DNA from: an uncultured Candidatus Saccharibacteria bacterium
GTDB lineage: Bacteria > Patescibacteriota > Minisyncoccia > Minisyncoccales > Staskawiczbacteraceae
Length of the DNA stretch: 64,000 nt
Assembly (NCBI GenBank): GCA_964479955.1
Contig: CAYZNK010000003.1
Span: 66,329 to 130,328, forward strand
Direction of reading: 5' to 3'
This document shows, one piece after another, positions 22,379 to 32,576 of this stretch. The notes beneath the pieces are model-generated. The model was not told the origin of the DNA and made no database searches. It saw only the letters and a program-made list of their open reading frames with translations. Both the position numbers and the translations under genes were made by a program. The first letter of the stretch is position 1, and every line of letters begins with the position of its first letter.

Positions 22379-22491
22379 CAATTAGTTATTTTATCACAAG
22401 AATTTTTAAATATTTAAACAAATAATTAAAAGAAAAAGGTTATCCTTCGCCTTGTGGGGCTCAGGATGATTTGTTCATAAACTCACAAATC

Positions 22492-25400
22492 ATGCGAGTA
22501 TTAGACTTAGAATCAATAAGAATCAAGCTTGCGTCGCCCGAGGATATTATGTCCTGGTCTCACGGCGAAATTACCAAGCCAGAAACAATCAATTACAGAA
22601 CCCAGAAGCCTGAAAAGGATGGACTTTTTGATGAAAGAATTTTTGGTCCTGAAAAAGACTATGAGTGCGCTTGTGGAAAATACAAAAGAATAAGATATAA
22701 AGGGGTTGTTTGCGACAGATGTGGAGTTGAGGTTACAAAGTCTTCTGTAAGAAGGGAGAGAATGGGGCATATAAAATTGAATGCGCCTGTTTCGCATATT
22801 TGGTTTTTAAGGGGGGTGCCCTCAAGAATGGGCTTGGTTTTGGACAAAAGTTTTCAGCAATTGGAGAAAGTTGTTTATTTTTCTTCATATATAATCACAA
22901 AAGTTGACGCAGAGGCCCGAGACAGAATCATAGAGGCAATTGAACAGGAATACAAGTCAAAAGTTAAAAAAGAAACAACAGAAGCCGGAAAAACAGAGTT
23001 AAAGTCAGCAAGAGAAAAAGCAAAAGAAGAAGTTCTGGAAATTAAAGAGCTAAAAATTTTATCTGAAGTTGTTTATCATACCCTTTCTTTAAAATACGGC
23101 GAAATGTTTGAGGCAGGCACAGGAGCTGAAACAGTAAGGGAAATTTTTTCAAAAATTGATTTAAAAGAAAAAGTTGCAGAACTAGAAAAAGAAGCAAAGG
23201 AAGCTCCACCCGCAACAAAGAAAAAAGTTTTGAGAAGATTAAAGCTTTTTCAGGGAATGTTAAAAGCTGGAGTAAGGCCGGAGTGGATGTTTATGGAAGT
23301 TTTGCCTGTTTTGCCTCCTGACTTAAGGCCAATGGTCCAGTTGGACGGAGGCAGATACGCATCTTCTGATTTAAACGACCTTTATAGAAGGGTTATTAAC
23401 AGAAACAATAGACTGCAATATTTGTTGGAAATCTCAGCTCCGCCGGTTATTGTAAGAAATGAAAAAAGAATGTTGCAGGAAGCAGTTGACGCTTTGATTG
23501 ACAACGAAATGAGAAAGGGAGTCACAACAACAGCAACAACCGGAGGAAAGAGATTGCTGAAATCTTTGGCTGCAATGTTGGCCGGAAAGCAAGGAAGGTT
23601 CAGGCAAAATCTTTTGGGAAAGCGCGTGGACTATTCGGGAAGGTCTGTTATTGCCGTTGGCCCTGAATTAAGTTTTTCGCAGTGTGGATTGCCAAAAACT
23701 CTGGCATTGGAAATTTTCAAGCCGTTTGTTATCAAGAAAATTTTGGAAAAAGAAATGGCTTATAATATCAGAGGAGCTGCCAGACTGATTGAAGAAAAAA
23801 CTCCTGTATGGGGAATTTTAGAAGAAATTATCAAAGATAAATTGGTTCTTTTAAACAGAGCTCCAACTTTGCACAGGCTTGGAATTCAAGCATTTAAACC
23901 CCTTTTAACAGAAGGTGAAACAATAAAATTGCATCCTTTGGTTTGCGAATCGTTTAATGCTGACTTTGATGGAGATCAGATGGCGGTTTACTTACCTTTG
24001 TCAGAAGAAGCTCAGACAGAAGCGAGGGAAATAATGCTTTCAACATTGAATCTTATAAGACCGGCAACAGGAATGCCTGTGATGGGTCCTTTTAGAGACA
24101 TTGCTTTGGGATGTTATTTTTTGACAAGATTAAATGCAAAACAAGATACAAAGGAGATGAAAGTTTATTCTTCGGATGTTGAAGCTAAAATGGCTTATGA
24201 ATACGGATTTTTAGGGATTAATGATTTAATTAAGGTGCCGCATCCAAAAATGTCGGACCAGGATAACTCTAAAAACAAAAACACTCTGGAACTTATAGAA
24301 ACAACTGTTGGGAGGCTGATTTTAAACGCTGTTTTTCCAAACGATTACCCATATATTAATAAATTAATTGACAACAAAGGATTGAAAGGCCTGGTCAGAG
24401 AAGTTATTGAAAAATATACTAATGAAGAAGCAGTTGCCATTTTAGACAATGTAAAACTTCTTGGTTTTGAATACTGTACATTGTCGGGAATAAGCTGGGG
24501 AATGGACGACCTTATAGTTCCAAAAGAAAAGCCGGCGTTAATAGAGCAGGCAGAAAAAGAAATAAAGCAAATAGACACTCATTTTGAAAAAGGACTTTTG
24601 TCATTGGAAGAAAAAACATCCCAGAAAATTTTAGTTTGGCAGACAGTAAAGTCAAAAATAGAAGCTTTATTAAAAGAAACCTTGCCTCCTGATGGGCCTG
24701 TTATGTCAATTATAGGTTCTGGTTCAAGGGGAACATGGGCTCAGCCTGTTCAGATGGCTGGCATGAAGGGTTTGGTTAACAATCCTGCAGGAGACATTAT
24801 TGAGTTGCCGGTTAAATCTTCATTTACAGAAGGTTTTAATGTTTTGGAATACTTTATTTCAACTCACGGAGCCAGAAAAGGAACAGCTGACACCGCATTG
24901 AGAACTTCTTCTGCCGGATATTTGACAAGAAGACTGGTTGATGTGGCTCATGATATTATTGTCACAGAAGAAGATTGCGGAGACAAAACAGGATTTACTG
25001 TTTACAGAAAAGATGCCGATGCTATTGAACAGGATTTTATTTTCAAAATAGTTGGCAGGACTGTTTTGGAAAATGTTGAGCACGGTAAAAAAACTTTTGT
25101 TAAAAAGGGACAAATTATTGATTGGCAGACAGCAAAGGCAATTGCAGAAGAGTCCGGGATTGAAAGGGTTATTGTTCGCTCTCCTTTGACTTGTAAGGCG
25201 GCTTTGGGGGTTTGTCAAAAATGTTATGGATGGGATTTGGGAAGAAACAATTTGGTAAAACTTGGAGAATCTGTTGGAGTTGTTGCCGCCCAGGCAATAG
25301 GAGAGCCGGGAACTCAGCTTACTTTGAGAACTCACCACTTGGGAGGAATTGCGGGAGCGGGCGATATTACTCAGGGTTTGCCAAGAATTGAAGAAATTTT

Positions 25401-26115
25401 TGAGTCAAGGACTCCAAAAGGAGAGGCAATTATGTCTTTGACAGAAGGAAAAGTAGTTGACATTGATGAAGAAAAAAGGATTGTAAAAATCCAGCCGGTT
25501 GCTTCGTTAAAGAAGGGAGAATCAGCAGACAAAAAATCATCAAAGAAAGAAATAATGGAATACAAGATTCCAAACAGAATTGGAATCTTAGTGCAAAAAG
25601 GCCAGGAAATAAAAGAGAATCAGCCTTTGTGCGAGGGAAGTTTAGACCTTAAAAAGCTTTATAAGTCTTCAGGAGTGGAGCTTACCCAAAGGTATATTTT
25701 GCAAGAAGTTCAAAGAATTTATTCTTCACAGGGAGTTGATATTCACGATAAACACATTGAAATAATAATCCAGAAAATGTTTTCCAGGATAAAAATTAAG
25801 GAAGAGGGGGACAGCAATTGGATAAAAGGGGAAATCGTTGAAAAAACCGTTTTTGATGAAGAAGTAGAAAGCCTTAAAAAAGCTAAAAAGGATGTTCCAT
25901 CCGGCACTCAAATATTGCTTGGAATATCTGAAGTTTCTCTAAACTCAGAGTCATGGCTTTCATCAGCTTCTTTCCAGCAAACATCCAGGATATTGATTAA
26001 GGCTTCCCTTGAAGGCAAAGAAGATAAATTAAGAGGATTGAAAGAAAATGTCATTATCGGAAAACTTATTCCGGTAGGAACTGGCTTTGAGCCAAAAGTA
26101 AAGGAAAAGAAATAA
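22492..26115 (+). CDS. rpoC: DNA-directed RNA polymerase beta-prime subunit
   Basis: It has a Zn motif ([23 protein letters not shown]), the catalytic [11 protein letters not shown] and [13 protein letters not shown]. The start is moved to the ATG at 22492. Confidence 0.97.
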   Translation: MRVLDLESIRIKLASPEDIMSWSHGEITKPETINYRTQKPEKDGLFDERIFGPEKDYECACGKYKRIRYKGVVCDRCGVEVTKSSVRRERMGHIKLNAPVSHIWFLRGVPSRMGLVLDKSFQQLEKVVYFSSYIITKVDAEARDRIIEAIEQEYKSKVKKETTEAGKTELKSAREKAKEEVLEIKELKILSEVVYHTLSLKYGEMFEAGTGAETVREIFSKIDLKEKVAELEKEAKEAPPATKKKVLRRLKLFQGMLKAGVRPEWMFMEVLPVLPPDLRPMVQLDGGRYASSDLNDLYRRVINRNNRLQYLLEISAPPVIVRNEKRMLQEAVDALIDNEMRKGVTTTATTGGKRLLKSLAAMLAGKQGRFRQNLLGKRVDYSGRSVIAVGPELSFSQCGLPKTLALEIFKPFVIKKILEKEMAYNIRGAARLIEEKTPVWGILEEIIKDKLVLLNRAPTLHRLGIQAFKPLLTEGETIKLHPLVCESFNADFDGDQMAVYLPLSEEAQTEAREIMLSTLNLIRPATGMPVMGPFRDIALGCYFLTRLNAKQDTKEMKVYSSDVEAKMAYEYGFLGINDLIKVPHPKMSDQDNSKNKNTLELIETTVGRLILNAVFPNDYPYINKLIDNKGLKGLVREVIEKYTNEEAVAILDNVKLLGFEYCTLSGISWGMDDLIVPKEKPALIEQAEKEIKQIDTHFEKGLLSLEEKTSQKILVWQTVKSKIEALLKETLPPDGPVMSIIGSGSRGTWAQPVQMAGMKGLVNNPAGDIIELPVKSSFTEGFNVLEYFISTHGARKGTADTALRTSSAGYLTRRLVDVAHDIIVTEEDCGDKTGFTVYRKDADAIEQDFIFKIVGRTVLENVEHGKKTFVKKGQIIDWQTAKAIAEESGIERVIVRSPLTCKAALGVCQKCYGWDLGRNNLVKLGESVGVVAAQAIGEPGTQLTLRTHHLGGIAGAGDITQGLPRIEEIFESRTPKGEAIMSLTEGKVVDIDEEKRIVKIQPVASLKKGESADKKSSKKEIMEYKIPNRIGILVQKGQEIKENQPLCEGSLDLKKLYKSSGVELTQRYILQEVQRIYSSQGVDIHDKHIEIIIQKMFSRIKIKEEGDSNWIKGEIVEKTVFDEEVESLKKAKKDVPSGTQILLGISEVSLNSESWLSSASFQQTSRILIKASLEGKEDKLRGLKENVIIGKLIPVGTGFEPKVKEKK

Positions 26116-26138
26116 TAACAGATTACATAAATAAAAAA

Positions 26139-26165
26139 CGGCAACGTCCGACGTTGCCCGACTAT
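26139..26165 (+). terminator. hairpin after rpoC
   Basis: GGCAACGT (26140-26147) pairs with ACGTTGCC (26151-26158). Nearly the same hairpin recurs after groEL at 48631. The T tract is weak. Confidence 0.45.
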
Positions 26166-26194
26166 TTTACAAACTAATTAGCAAATCGCAGTTT

Positions 26195-26225
26195 AAAAAC
26201 TCCGCCAGAACCAGCGGAGTTTTTA
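26195..26225. terminator. bidirectional-looking intrinsic terminator
   Basis: AAAAACTCCGC (26195-26205) pairs with GCGGAGTTTTT (26215-26225). An A tract lies 5' and a T tract 3'. Confidence 0.65.
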
Positions 26226-26387
26226 AGTGTGTAGGGGGATTTTAAATGTACAAAATTAAATTCATGTCTCACAATTTTTAAATCTCTGTTTATTATTTCC
26301 GACAAAAAAAGGAAAAAGCAATTTTTATAACATTGTTGTGATGCGTAAAGTCTTATGACGAGTTAAAAACATCATATTATGCTGTGC

Positions 26388-26415
26388 TTGACATACTTTT
26401 GCGGGGGGGTATTAT
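26388..26415 (+). promoter_or_regulatory. sigma70-like promoter candidate with a G7 tract in the spacer
   Basis: TTGACA lies at 26388-26393 and TATTAT at 26410-26415, with a 16-nt spacer. The spacer ends in GGGGGGG (26403-26409). Confidence 0.4.
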
Positions 26416-26506
26416 TAAACAAATAGGAATAATCAACTAATATTTTACAAGTTTTTACAGCAAAAAATAAATTTTTGTTTTTAAATTTGCAAAATAAAAA
26501 TTAAGT

Positions 26507-28483
26507 ATGAAAATTAAGCACTTCATAGCAATAGCTGTTCTTATAACAGCGTTTTTAGGTTTTGGACAAAACGCAAGCGCTGTTACAATAGAAGAACTAT
26601 TGGCTCAGATAGCCCAATTGCAAGCGCAAATACAAGCATTGCAAGCCCAGTTGAATACAGGAACCTCTGCAACTGCTGCGTGGTGCTACACTTTTAATAC
26701 TAATATGGGATACGGGGCAACAGGCGCTGATTTTGAAGCTTTGATAACAGCTTTAGATAAGGAAGGTATAATGGAATTTATTTCTGTTAATAAGCCTTCA
26801 GAGTATAACGAAGTTATTGGAAGCGGAGTTGTTGAATTTCAGAAAAAATATGCCTCCGAAGTTTTAACTCCATACGGTTTAAAAAACGGTACAGGATATG
26901 TTGGAAAATCAACCAGAGCAAAATTAAATAAAATTTATGGGTGTAGCACAACACCAGTTTGCACCCCAAGCTGGATTTGCGGTAGCTGGAGCACTTGCGC
27001 AAATGGACAACAAACAAGAACCTGTTCAGATGAAAACAGCTGTGGAGTTACAACAAATAAACCAGCGGTAATTCAAACTTGCAGTTCCACTCAGCCCTCC
27101 ATCACCGTCACCTCGCCCAACGGAGGGGAAACGTGGAAAGTAGGCTCGTTGCAGAAAGTGACATGGACTTCAGCTAATGTTCCAACTTCTAATATGACAA
27201 TAGTTTCCTTGATTGACCCGAATAACAATCCAACAATAAATATGACCACAGTGACAAATAAAAACGGACAGGCGTATTTTATAGTTCCTTCCACTGTTAT
27301 AGCAGGTCAATACAAAGCTCACATAAAAACCGTTGTTAACGGAGTTTCCTACATAGACACAAGCGATGGATATATCACTGTTTCCTCAGCAACCTCAACC
27401 TGCACCCCAAGCTGGATTTGCGGTAGCTGGAGCACTTGCGCAAATGGACAACAAACAAGAACCTGTTCAGATGAAAACAGCTGTGGAGTTACAATAGACA
27501 AACCGGCGATAACGCAAGTGTGTGAAACACCTTCTATTATAGCTTATCCAACAACAGGTACTTTAATGGATTCTTCCCCTACTTTATGGGTTGATTTTGT
27601 TGTGAGTAATTATACTCCAAATGGAACAGAGAAGGTAGACTTTGGTGATGGGACAGTAAGTATTCTTGGATATACCACTGCGTACAATAGTAGACACGAC
27701 TATCATTCTGCTGGGATATATACAGTAAAATTACTTGCTGGCGCAACTATACTTGCAACTACGCAAGTAACAGTAACCTCCTCCACCCAGTCTTCCATCA
27801 CCGTCACTTCTGCTGGAGGGTCGGATATTCCTGGGCATAATCTTACTTTTTCCTGGACAGCAAGCGGTGTGAGTACTGTTGACCTTAGTTTAAAAAATTC
27901 ATCAAATATTTACGTTCTAGCAACAGGCGTGTCTGCAAGCGCCGGCTCTTATAGCGTCAGGATTCCTGCTGACGCTGTTCTGGGAACATATTCTATGGTT
28001 GTGAGCTCAGGCTCCACAGTTACTTATGGAGGACAATTTAGCATAGTGGCTCCAACAGCTGCAACAATTACCGTAACCTCGCCAAACGGAGAAGAGCTTT
28101 GGATAGTTGAGAATTTGCAGACAGTCAGATTTATGAATACAGGGGTTACAGGAACCGCTTGGATTTATTTGGATAAATACTCCGGAAGCACCATTACGAA
28201 AAGTGTTTTAGTGGGCGCTTTTCCACTTAGCACAAGCAAACAGTCGGAAGTACATAGTTTTAGTCTTTCCAGAAGCCTTGTAAATTCTATGGGCGGGCCA
28301 GGAAACCGTTTTAAAATCCGCGTTTTAAGCAATGCCTCAGGAACTCCGCAAGACACAAGTGATAACTATTTTACTATTGCCGACCCATTAGCAAGTTCTG
28401 ATATGCATCAGAACAACCTTGCATCAATCTCTGATGCAGTTTCAAAATTGGCAGAACAGATAAAATCTTTGCTTTCAAAATAA
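26507..28483 (+). CDS. secreted multidomain cell-surface protein
   Basis: It has a signal peptide (FLGFGQNASA), a Q/A coiled coil and a peptidoglycan-binding-like segment (VVEFQKKYASE...GYVGKSTRAKLNKIY). It has two identical Cys-rich modules (CTPSWICGSWSTCANGQQTRTCSDENSCGVT), three ITVTSP-type Ig-like modules and a PKD-like segment (VDFGDGT...YHSAGIYTVKL). Confidence 0.7.
   Translation: MKIKHFIAIAVLITAFLGFGQNASAVTIEELLAQIAQLQAQIQALQAQLNTGTSATAAWCYTFNTNMGYGATGADFEALITALDKEGIMEFISVNKPSEYNEVIGSGVVEFQKKYASEVLTPYGLKNGTGYVGKSTRAKLNKIYGCSTTPVCTPSWICGSWSTCANGQQTRTCSDENSCGVTTNKPAVIQTCSSTQPSITVTSPNGGETWKVGSLQKVTWTSANVPTSNMTIVSLIDPNNNPTINMTTVTNKNGQAYFIVPSTVIAGQYKAHIKTVVNGVSYIDTSDGYITVSSATSTCTPSWICGSWSTCANGQQTRTCSDENSCGVTIDKPAITQVCETPSIIAYPTTGTLMDSSPTLWVDFVVSNYTPNGTEKVDFGDGTVSILGYTTAYNSRHDYHSAGIYTVKLLAGATILATTQVTVTSSTQSSITVTSAGGSDIPGHNLTFSWTASGVSTVDLSLKNSSNIYVLATGVSASAGSYSVRIPADAVLGTYSMVVSSGSTVTYGGQFSIVAPTAATITVTSPNGEELWIVENLQTVRFMNTGVTGTAWIYLDKYSGSTITKSVLVGAFPLSTSKQSEVHSFSLSRSLVNSMGGPGNRFKIRVLSNASGTPQDTSDNYFTIADPLASSDMHQNNLASISDAVSKLAEQIKSLLSK
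26960..27053 (+). repeat. 94-nt exact intragenic duplicate, copy 1 (copy 2 at 27401..27494)
   Basis: TGCACCCCAAGCTGGATTTGCGG...GTGGAGTTACAA is identical at both positions by direct reading. Confidence 0.85.
27401..27494 (+). repeat. 94-nt exact intragenic duplicate, copy 2
   Basis: It is identical to 26960..27053. Confidence 0.85.
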
Positions 28484-28493
28484 AATAGGTTTT

Positions 28494-28524
28494 AAAAACT
28501 CCGCCAAAAATCAGCGGAGTTTTT
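28494..28524. terminator. intrinsic terminator after the surface protein gene
   Basis: AAAAACTCCGC (28494-28504) pairs with GCGGAGTTTTT (28514-28524). The stems are the same as in the terminator at 26195. Confidence 0.7.
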
Positions 28525-28570
28525 AATTGTTTAATAAAATTTATTGTATTCTTATTATCTCAAAATCTCA

Positions 28571-28614
28571 AAAATGTCGGAAAATTTCACGGCCGTGAAA
28601 TTTTCCGACATTTT
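28571..28614. repeat. 44-nt perfect palindrome
   Basis: AAAATGTCGGAAAATTTCACGG|CCGTGAAATTTTCCGACATTTT. The 36-nt core is identical to 42102-42137 inside uvrC. Confidence 0.9.
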
Positions 28615-28790
28615 TAAATCAAATAGCCAAATAGTCGAATAGCCGAACAATCAGATGGCTGGATATATTTAAAATAACATTTTTAGTTCTTCGATGTTTT
28701 TTAGCGCTTTTTGGCGTATATAAGTCATTATTTGGTTGAATTTGAATAAATATATGCAAATGTTATAATAGATTAATTTAGTGTAGAAAT

Positions 28791-31022
28791 ATGGCAAAAA
28801 AGAACAATCTTAAAAACGGGAAAAATGCGAACGTAAAAATAAAGGAAAAGCCAAAGGACTCAATTTTAAGCTCCTGGGCAAGAAGGTGGATAAAAGCCAC
28901 ATTGATGTTTTTGTTGGCGATAATTGTTGTTTTGTCGTTCCCTTATTTTAATAAAGCCGGAAAAACAGGAGAATATTTTATTGTGGTTGTTAATTTTTTG
29001 GTTGGCAAAGCTTTTTATACAATACCGTTTTTCCTGTTCGTGGCAGGAATGATTTTTTTAAAAACCCGCAAAAAAGGCAAGAATCTGGCAATGTTTCTGG
29101 CTGTCATTGTTTCAATTATAGGAATAGCGGGCATATTAGCAGCAAAAGATTTGAACGTAAATCCGGCGCCAGGCGGAGGCGGATGGATAGGATTTTTGTT
29201 GGCAAGGCTGTTTGCTGGCCTTTTTGGACTTTTGGTCGCCAATATTATATTTGCAACCATTTTATTAATAGGAGCATTTATTTTTTTACAGTTTGTCTGG
29301 TCAGAAGTCCAACTTGAAAAAGAAAAGAAAAAAGAAGAAAAGCAGTCTTATGTATTAAATAAACAGGAAGAAGAAAATATAAAAATAAAAGGTGTTTTAC
29401 CGGAAAAACAGGAGAAAAAACAGCCGGTAAACTCCAAAATGTCTTTATTTAAAAAAGGGAAGGAAGAAGAGCCGGAAAAAATAAAATTAAAAAAATCGGA
29501 AGACGAAAAAGCAAAAAGCGATTATATTTTGCCGCCCTTGGATTTGCTGTCAAAGAATGAATCAGCCCCAACATCAGGAAATATAAAAGAGAATTCAATG
29601 ATAATTAAGAATACTTTGGAAAACTTTGGAATTTCTGTTGAAATGGCAGAGGTAAACGTGGGTCCAACAGTAACGCAGTATGCTTTTAAGCCGGCAGAAG
29701 GGGTAAAACTTTCAAAAATTACAACCTTATCAAATAATTTAGCATTGGCATTGGCAGCCCATCCTATTAGAATTGAAGCCCCTATTCCCGGAAAATCATT
29801 GGTTGGAATTGAAGTGCCAAACAAAGTAAGGTCTATTGTCACATTAAGGAATTTGATTGCCCATGGAAATTATCAAAATTCCGCCAGCCCTTTGCTTATT
29901 GCTTTAGGGCGAAATGTTTCCGGTTCTCCTGTTTATGCTGATATTGCAGAAGGCCCCCATATGTTGGTTGCGGGAGCTACTGGAACAGGAAAAACAATCT
30001 TTTTGAACAGTCTAATTTTAAGCTTGTTGTATAAATATACTCCGGAGAATTTAAGGATGATTATGGTTGACCCTAAAAGGGTTGAATTTCAGCACTACAA
30101 TGATATTCCACATCTTTTGTGCCCCGTAATTTACGACGCAACAAAAACAATAAACGCTTTGCAGTGGCTGATACGGGAAATGGAAAGAAGGTTTGAAATA
30201 TTTTCAGAGGTGCCTGCAAGAAATATCGGGAGTTATAATGCAAATAAAACAGTGATTTCAAACGGAGCACAGTTGCCGTATATTGTTTTTGTGGTTGATG
30301 AATTAGCAGACTTAATGGCTGCAAAAGGTAGGGAGCTTGAAGCTGGAATTGTAAGGCTGGCGCAAATGGCAAGAGCAACCGGAATACATTTGGTATTGGC
30401 AACACAGAGGCCGTCTGTTGAAGTTATTACAGGACTTATTAAAGCAAATGTTCCTACGCGTATTACTTTCCAGGTTTCTTCGCAGGTTGATTCAAGAACA
30501 GTTATAGATACATCCGGAGCAGAAAAATTATTGGGAGCAGGAGATATGCTGTTTTTATCAGCGAAATCCGCAAAATTGGGCAGAATTCAAGGTCCGTATG
30601 TTTCTGAAAAAGAAGTTAAAAAAGTTGCTGATTTTGTTTCAGACCAGAAAGGGGGACTTGAAGATTTACAGACCGTTTTGTCCCAAAATCTAAAAGATGC
30701 ATTAGAGGCTCCTGACCCAAAAGAAGCTAAAGAAAACGGAGATTTTTTTGGAGATGATGACCCGCTATTTGAAGAAGTAAAAAAAATTGTTTTGGAAACT
30801 CAAAAAGCTTCCGCATCATTTTTACAAAGGCGTTTAAGAATTGGATATTCAAGGGCAGCCAGATTAATTGATATGTTGGAGGATAAAGGCATTGTGGGGC
30901 CTGCTGATGGCGCAAAACCGCGCGAAGTATATGCAGACAGGGGAGAATCGGCCACAGCCCAATTAATTCCCGGGGGAGGGCCGGATGAATCAGAAGAAGA
31001 TACAGAATGGAAAAAGGTTTAA
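28791..31022 (+). CDS. ftsK: DNA translocase FtsK/SpoIIIE
   Basis: It has N-terminal TM segments, a K/E-rich linker, Walker A GATGTGKT, Walker B VVDELADLM and a C-terminal winged-helix gamma-like domain (LQRRLRIGYSRAARLIDMLE). Confidence 0.9.
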   Translation: MAKKNNLKNGKNANVKIKEKPKDSILSSWARRWIKATLMFLLAIIVVLSFPYFNKAGKTGEYFIVVVNFLVGKAFYTIPFFLFVAGMIFLKTRKKGKNLAMFLAVIVSIIGIAGILAAKDLNVNPAPGGGGWIGFLLARLFAGLFGLLVANIIFATILLIGAFIFLQFVWSEVQLEKEKKKEEKQSYVLNKQEEENIKIKGVLPEKQEKKQPVNSKMSLFKKGKEEEPEKIKLKKSEDEKAKSDYILPPLDLLSKNESAPTSGNIKENSMIIKNTLENFGISVEMAEVNVGPTVTQYAFKPAEGVKLSKITTLSNNLALALAAHPIRIEAPIPGKSLVGIEVPNKVRSIVTLRNLIAHGNYQNSASPLLIALGRNVSGSPVYADIAEGPHMLVAGATGTGKTIFLNSLILSLLYKYTPENLRMIMVDPKRVEFQHYNDIPHLLCPVIYDATKTINALQWLIREMERRFEIFSEVPARNIGSYNANKTVISNGAQLPYIVFVVDELADLMAAKGRELEAGIVRLAQMARATGIHLVLATQRPSVEVITGLIKANVPTRITFQVSSQVDSRTVIDTSGAEKLLGAGDMLFLSAKSAKLGRIQGPYVSEKEVKKVADFVSDQKGGLEDLQTVLSQNLKDALEAPDPKEAKENGDFFGDDDPLFEEVKKIVLETQKASASFLQRRLRIGYSRAARLIDMLEDKGIVGPADGAKPREVYADRGESATAQLIPGGGPDESEEDTEWKKV

Positions 31023-31032
31023 GCAAAAAATA

Positions 31033-31191
31033 ATGCCAGGTAGTGAAAATTCGACAGTTCGTCATAATTTTCAAAGTTTGAAAATTATGACGAATAAAAG
31101 AAATCGCCATCTTGGCACAAGAAAATCAAGATAAAATATAATTATCCAGCAGAAAATCGATTTTTAAAGTCGAATTTCTACTACCTGGCAT
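31033..31191. repeat. ~160-bp TIR-bounded cassette ending at the recA start codon (copy 1)
   Basis: The 23-nt terminal inverted repeats are ATGCCAGGTAGTGAAAATTCGAC (31033-31055) and GTCGAATTTCTACTACCTGGCAT (31169-31191), matching at 21/23. A 37-nt perfect internal palindrome lies at 31058-31094. Positions 31112-31192 are 79/81 identical to 57484-57564. Confidence 0.8.
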
Positions 31192-32218
31192 GGTAAAACC
31201 AAAAAAAGAAAAATCGTTATCTTCAGGAACAGAAAATAAGGCTTTAATGCATGCCTTAGATGAAATTAAAGAGAGGTTTGGAGAAGGGGCAATAATGAAA
31301 ATGAGAGAAATCCAGGCCGTTAATGTTGATTCTGTCCCAACAGGCTCTATTGCAATGGATTTGGCTTTGGGAGTTGGCGGAATGCCGCGGGGCAGGATTA
31401 TTGAAATTTATGGAGGAGAGTCTTCCGGAAAAACAACCCTGTCTTTGCATGTTGTGGCCGAAGCTCAAAAAAAAGGTGGAACATGCGCTTTTGTGGATGC
31501 AGAACACGCAATGGACCCTGACTATGCCAGAAGAATAGGGGTAAATACTGACGACCTTTTAATTTCTCAGCCTGATTCTGGAGAGCAAGCGTTGCAGATT
31601 GTGGAAACTCTTGTAAAAACAGGGGATATTGATGTAATTGTTGTTGATTCTGTTGCCGCTTTAACACCCCAGCGGGAAATTGAAGGAGAGATTGGTGACC
31701 AGCATATTGGTTTGCAGGCGCGCATGATGTCACAAGCAATGAGAAAACTTGCTGGAATAATGGCAAAAACAAAAACAATTGTTATTTTTATAAACCAAAC
31801 AAGACAGAAAGTGGGAATGGTTTTTGGAAACCCGGAAACAACCCCAGGTGGATTAGCATTGAAATTTTATGCTTCAGTAAGAGTCAACTTGACAAGGACA
31901 GCCCAGATAAAATCCGGAGATGAAATAATTGGAAACCGTGTAAAGGCTAAAATAGTCAAAAATAAAGTAGCGGCCCCTTTTAGGACAGCTGAATTTGATA
32001 TTTATTATAACGAGGGAATTTCAAAATCAGGTGATGCTTTAAGGACAGGGCTGAACAGCGGGTTGATAAAACAATCTGGAGCGTTTTTCTCTTTTGACGG
32101 CCAAAAAATCGGACAGGGAACGGAAGCGTCAAAGTCATGGCTAAAAGAACATCCAGAAGCAATAGAAAAAATCAAAACAGAGGCAATGAAAACAGCCGGC
32201 GCGCCGTCAGAAGAATAA
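31190..32218 (+). CDS. recA: recombinase RecA
   Basis: It has Walker A GGESSGKTT and the motifs FVDAEHA, VVDSVAAL and FINQTRQKVG. Confidence 0.97.
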   Translation: MVKPKKEKSLSSGTENKALMHALDEIKERFGEGAIMKMREIQAVNVDSVPTGSIAMDLALGVGGMPRGRIIEIYGGESSGKTTLSLHVVAEAQKKGGTCAFVDAEHAMDPDYARRIGVNTDDLLISQPDSGEQALQIVETLVKTGDIDVIVVDSVAALTPQREIEGEIGDQHIGLQARMMSQAMRKLAGIMAKTKTIVIFINQTRQKVGMVFGNPETTPGGLALKFYASVRVNLTRTAQIKSGDEIIGNRVKAKIVKNKVAAPFRTAEFDIYYNEGISKSGDALRTGLNSGLIKQSGAFFSFDGQKIGQGTEASKSWLKEHPEAIEKIKTEAMKTAGAPSEE

Positions 32219-32232
32219 CATTATAAAAGATA

Positions 32233-32256
32233 AAAAGCCCCATTTGGGGCTTTTTT
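32233..32256 (+). terminator. intrinsic terminator after recA
   Basis: AAAAGCCCC-ATTT-GGGGCTTTT is followed by Ts. Confidence 0.8.
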
Positions 32257-32286
32257 GGTGATTACTGTAGGGCGTTAACTAACTTT

Positions 32287-32481
32287 TTATTTTGGGGTAT
32301 ATGGAAGCAGTCCCATTTGTCGGGCTCTTTTTATTGCTGTTGCAATTTTTTTTTGATGATGAGAACACAGATTAGTTTTTTTTCTTGGTTTTATTTTATA
32401 AAAACCGGAAACATACTGAGAAAGCAATTCTGTATTTTTAAAATCAACATCATTTATATTTTTTTGGCAAAAATAACACAT
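32287..32481 (-). CDS. rpsR: 30S ribosomal protein S18
   Basis: The 64-aa ORF has the motifs CYFC...IDFKN..LL..YVS...KI.PR..T..C..HQ..IA.AIKRAR..GLLPY. Confidence 0.9.
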   Translation of the reverse strand: MCYFCQKNINDVDFKNTELLSQYVSGFYKIKPRKKTNLCSHHQKKIATAIKRARQMGLLPYTPK

Positions 32482-32576
32482 GAATTTTTCGAATAAAATG
32501 AGAAAAATTCATCCCGAGCCCTTTGAGGGCGAGGGATATTCCCTCATTGATAATTGATAATTGGTAAATTGATTAT

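Noticed and set aside
24859-25338. 159-aa minus-strand ORF inside rpoC, and similar antisense ORFs inside rpoB, uvrA, ftsK and recA.
   Set aside because: These are shadow ORFs within highly conserved genes, with no independent support.
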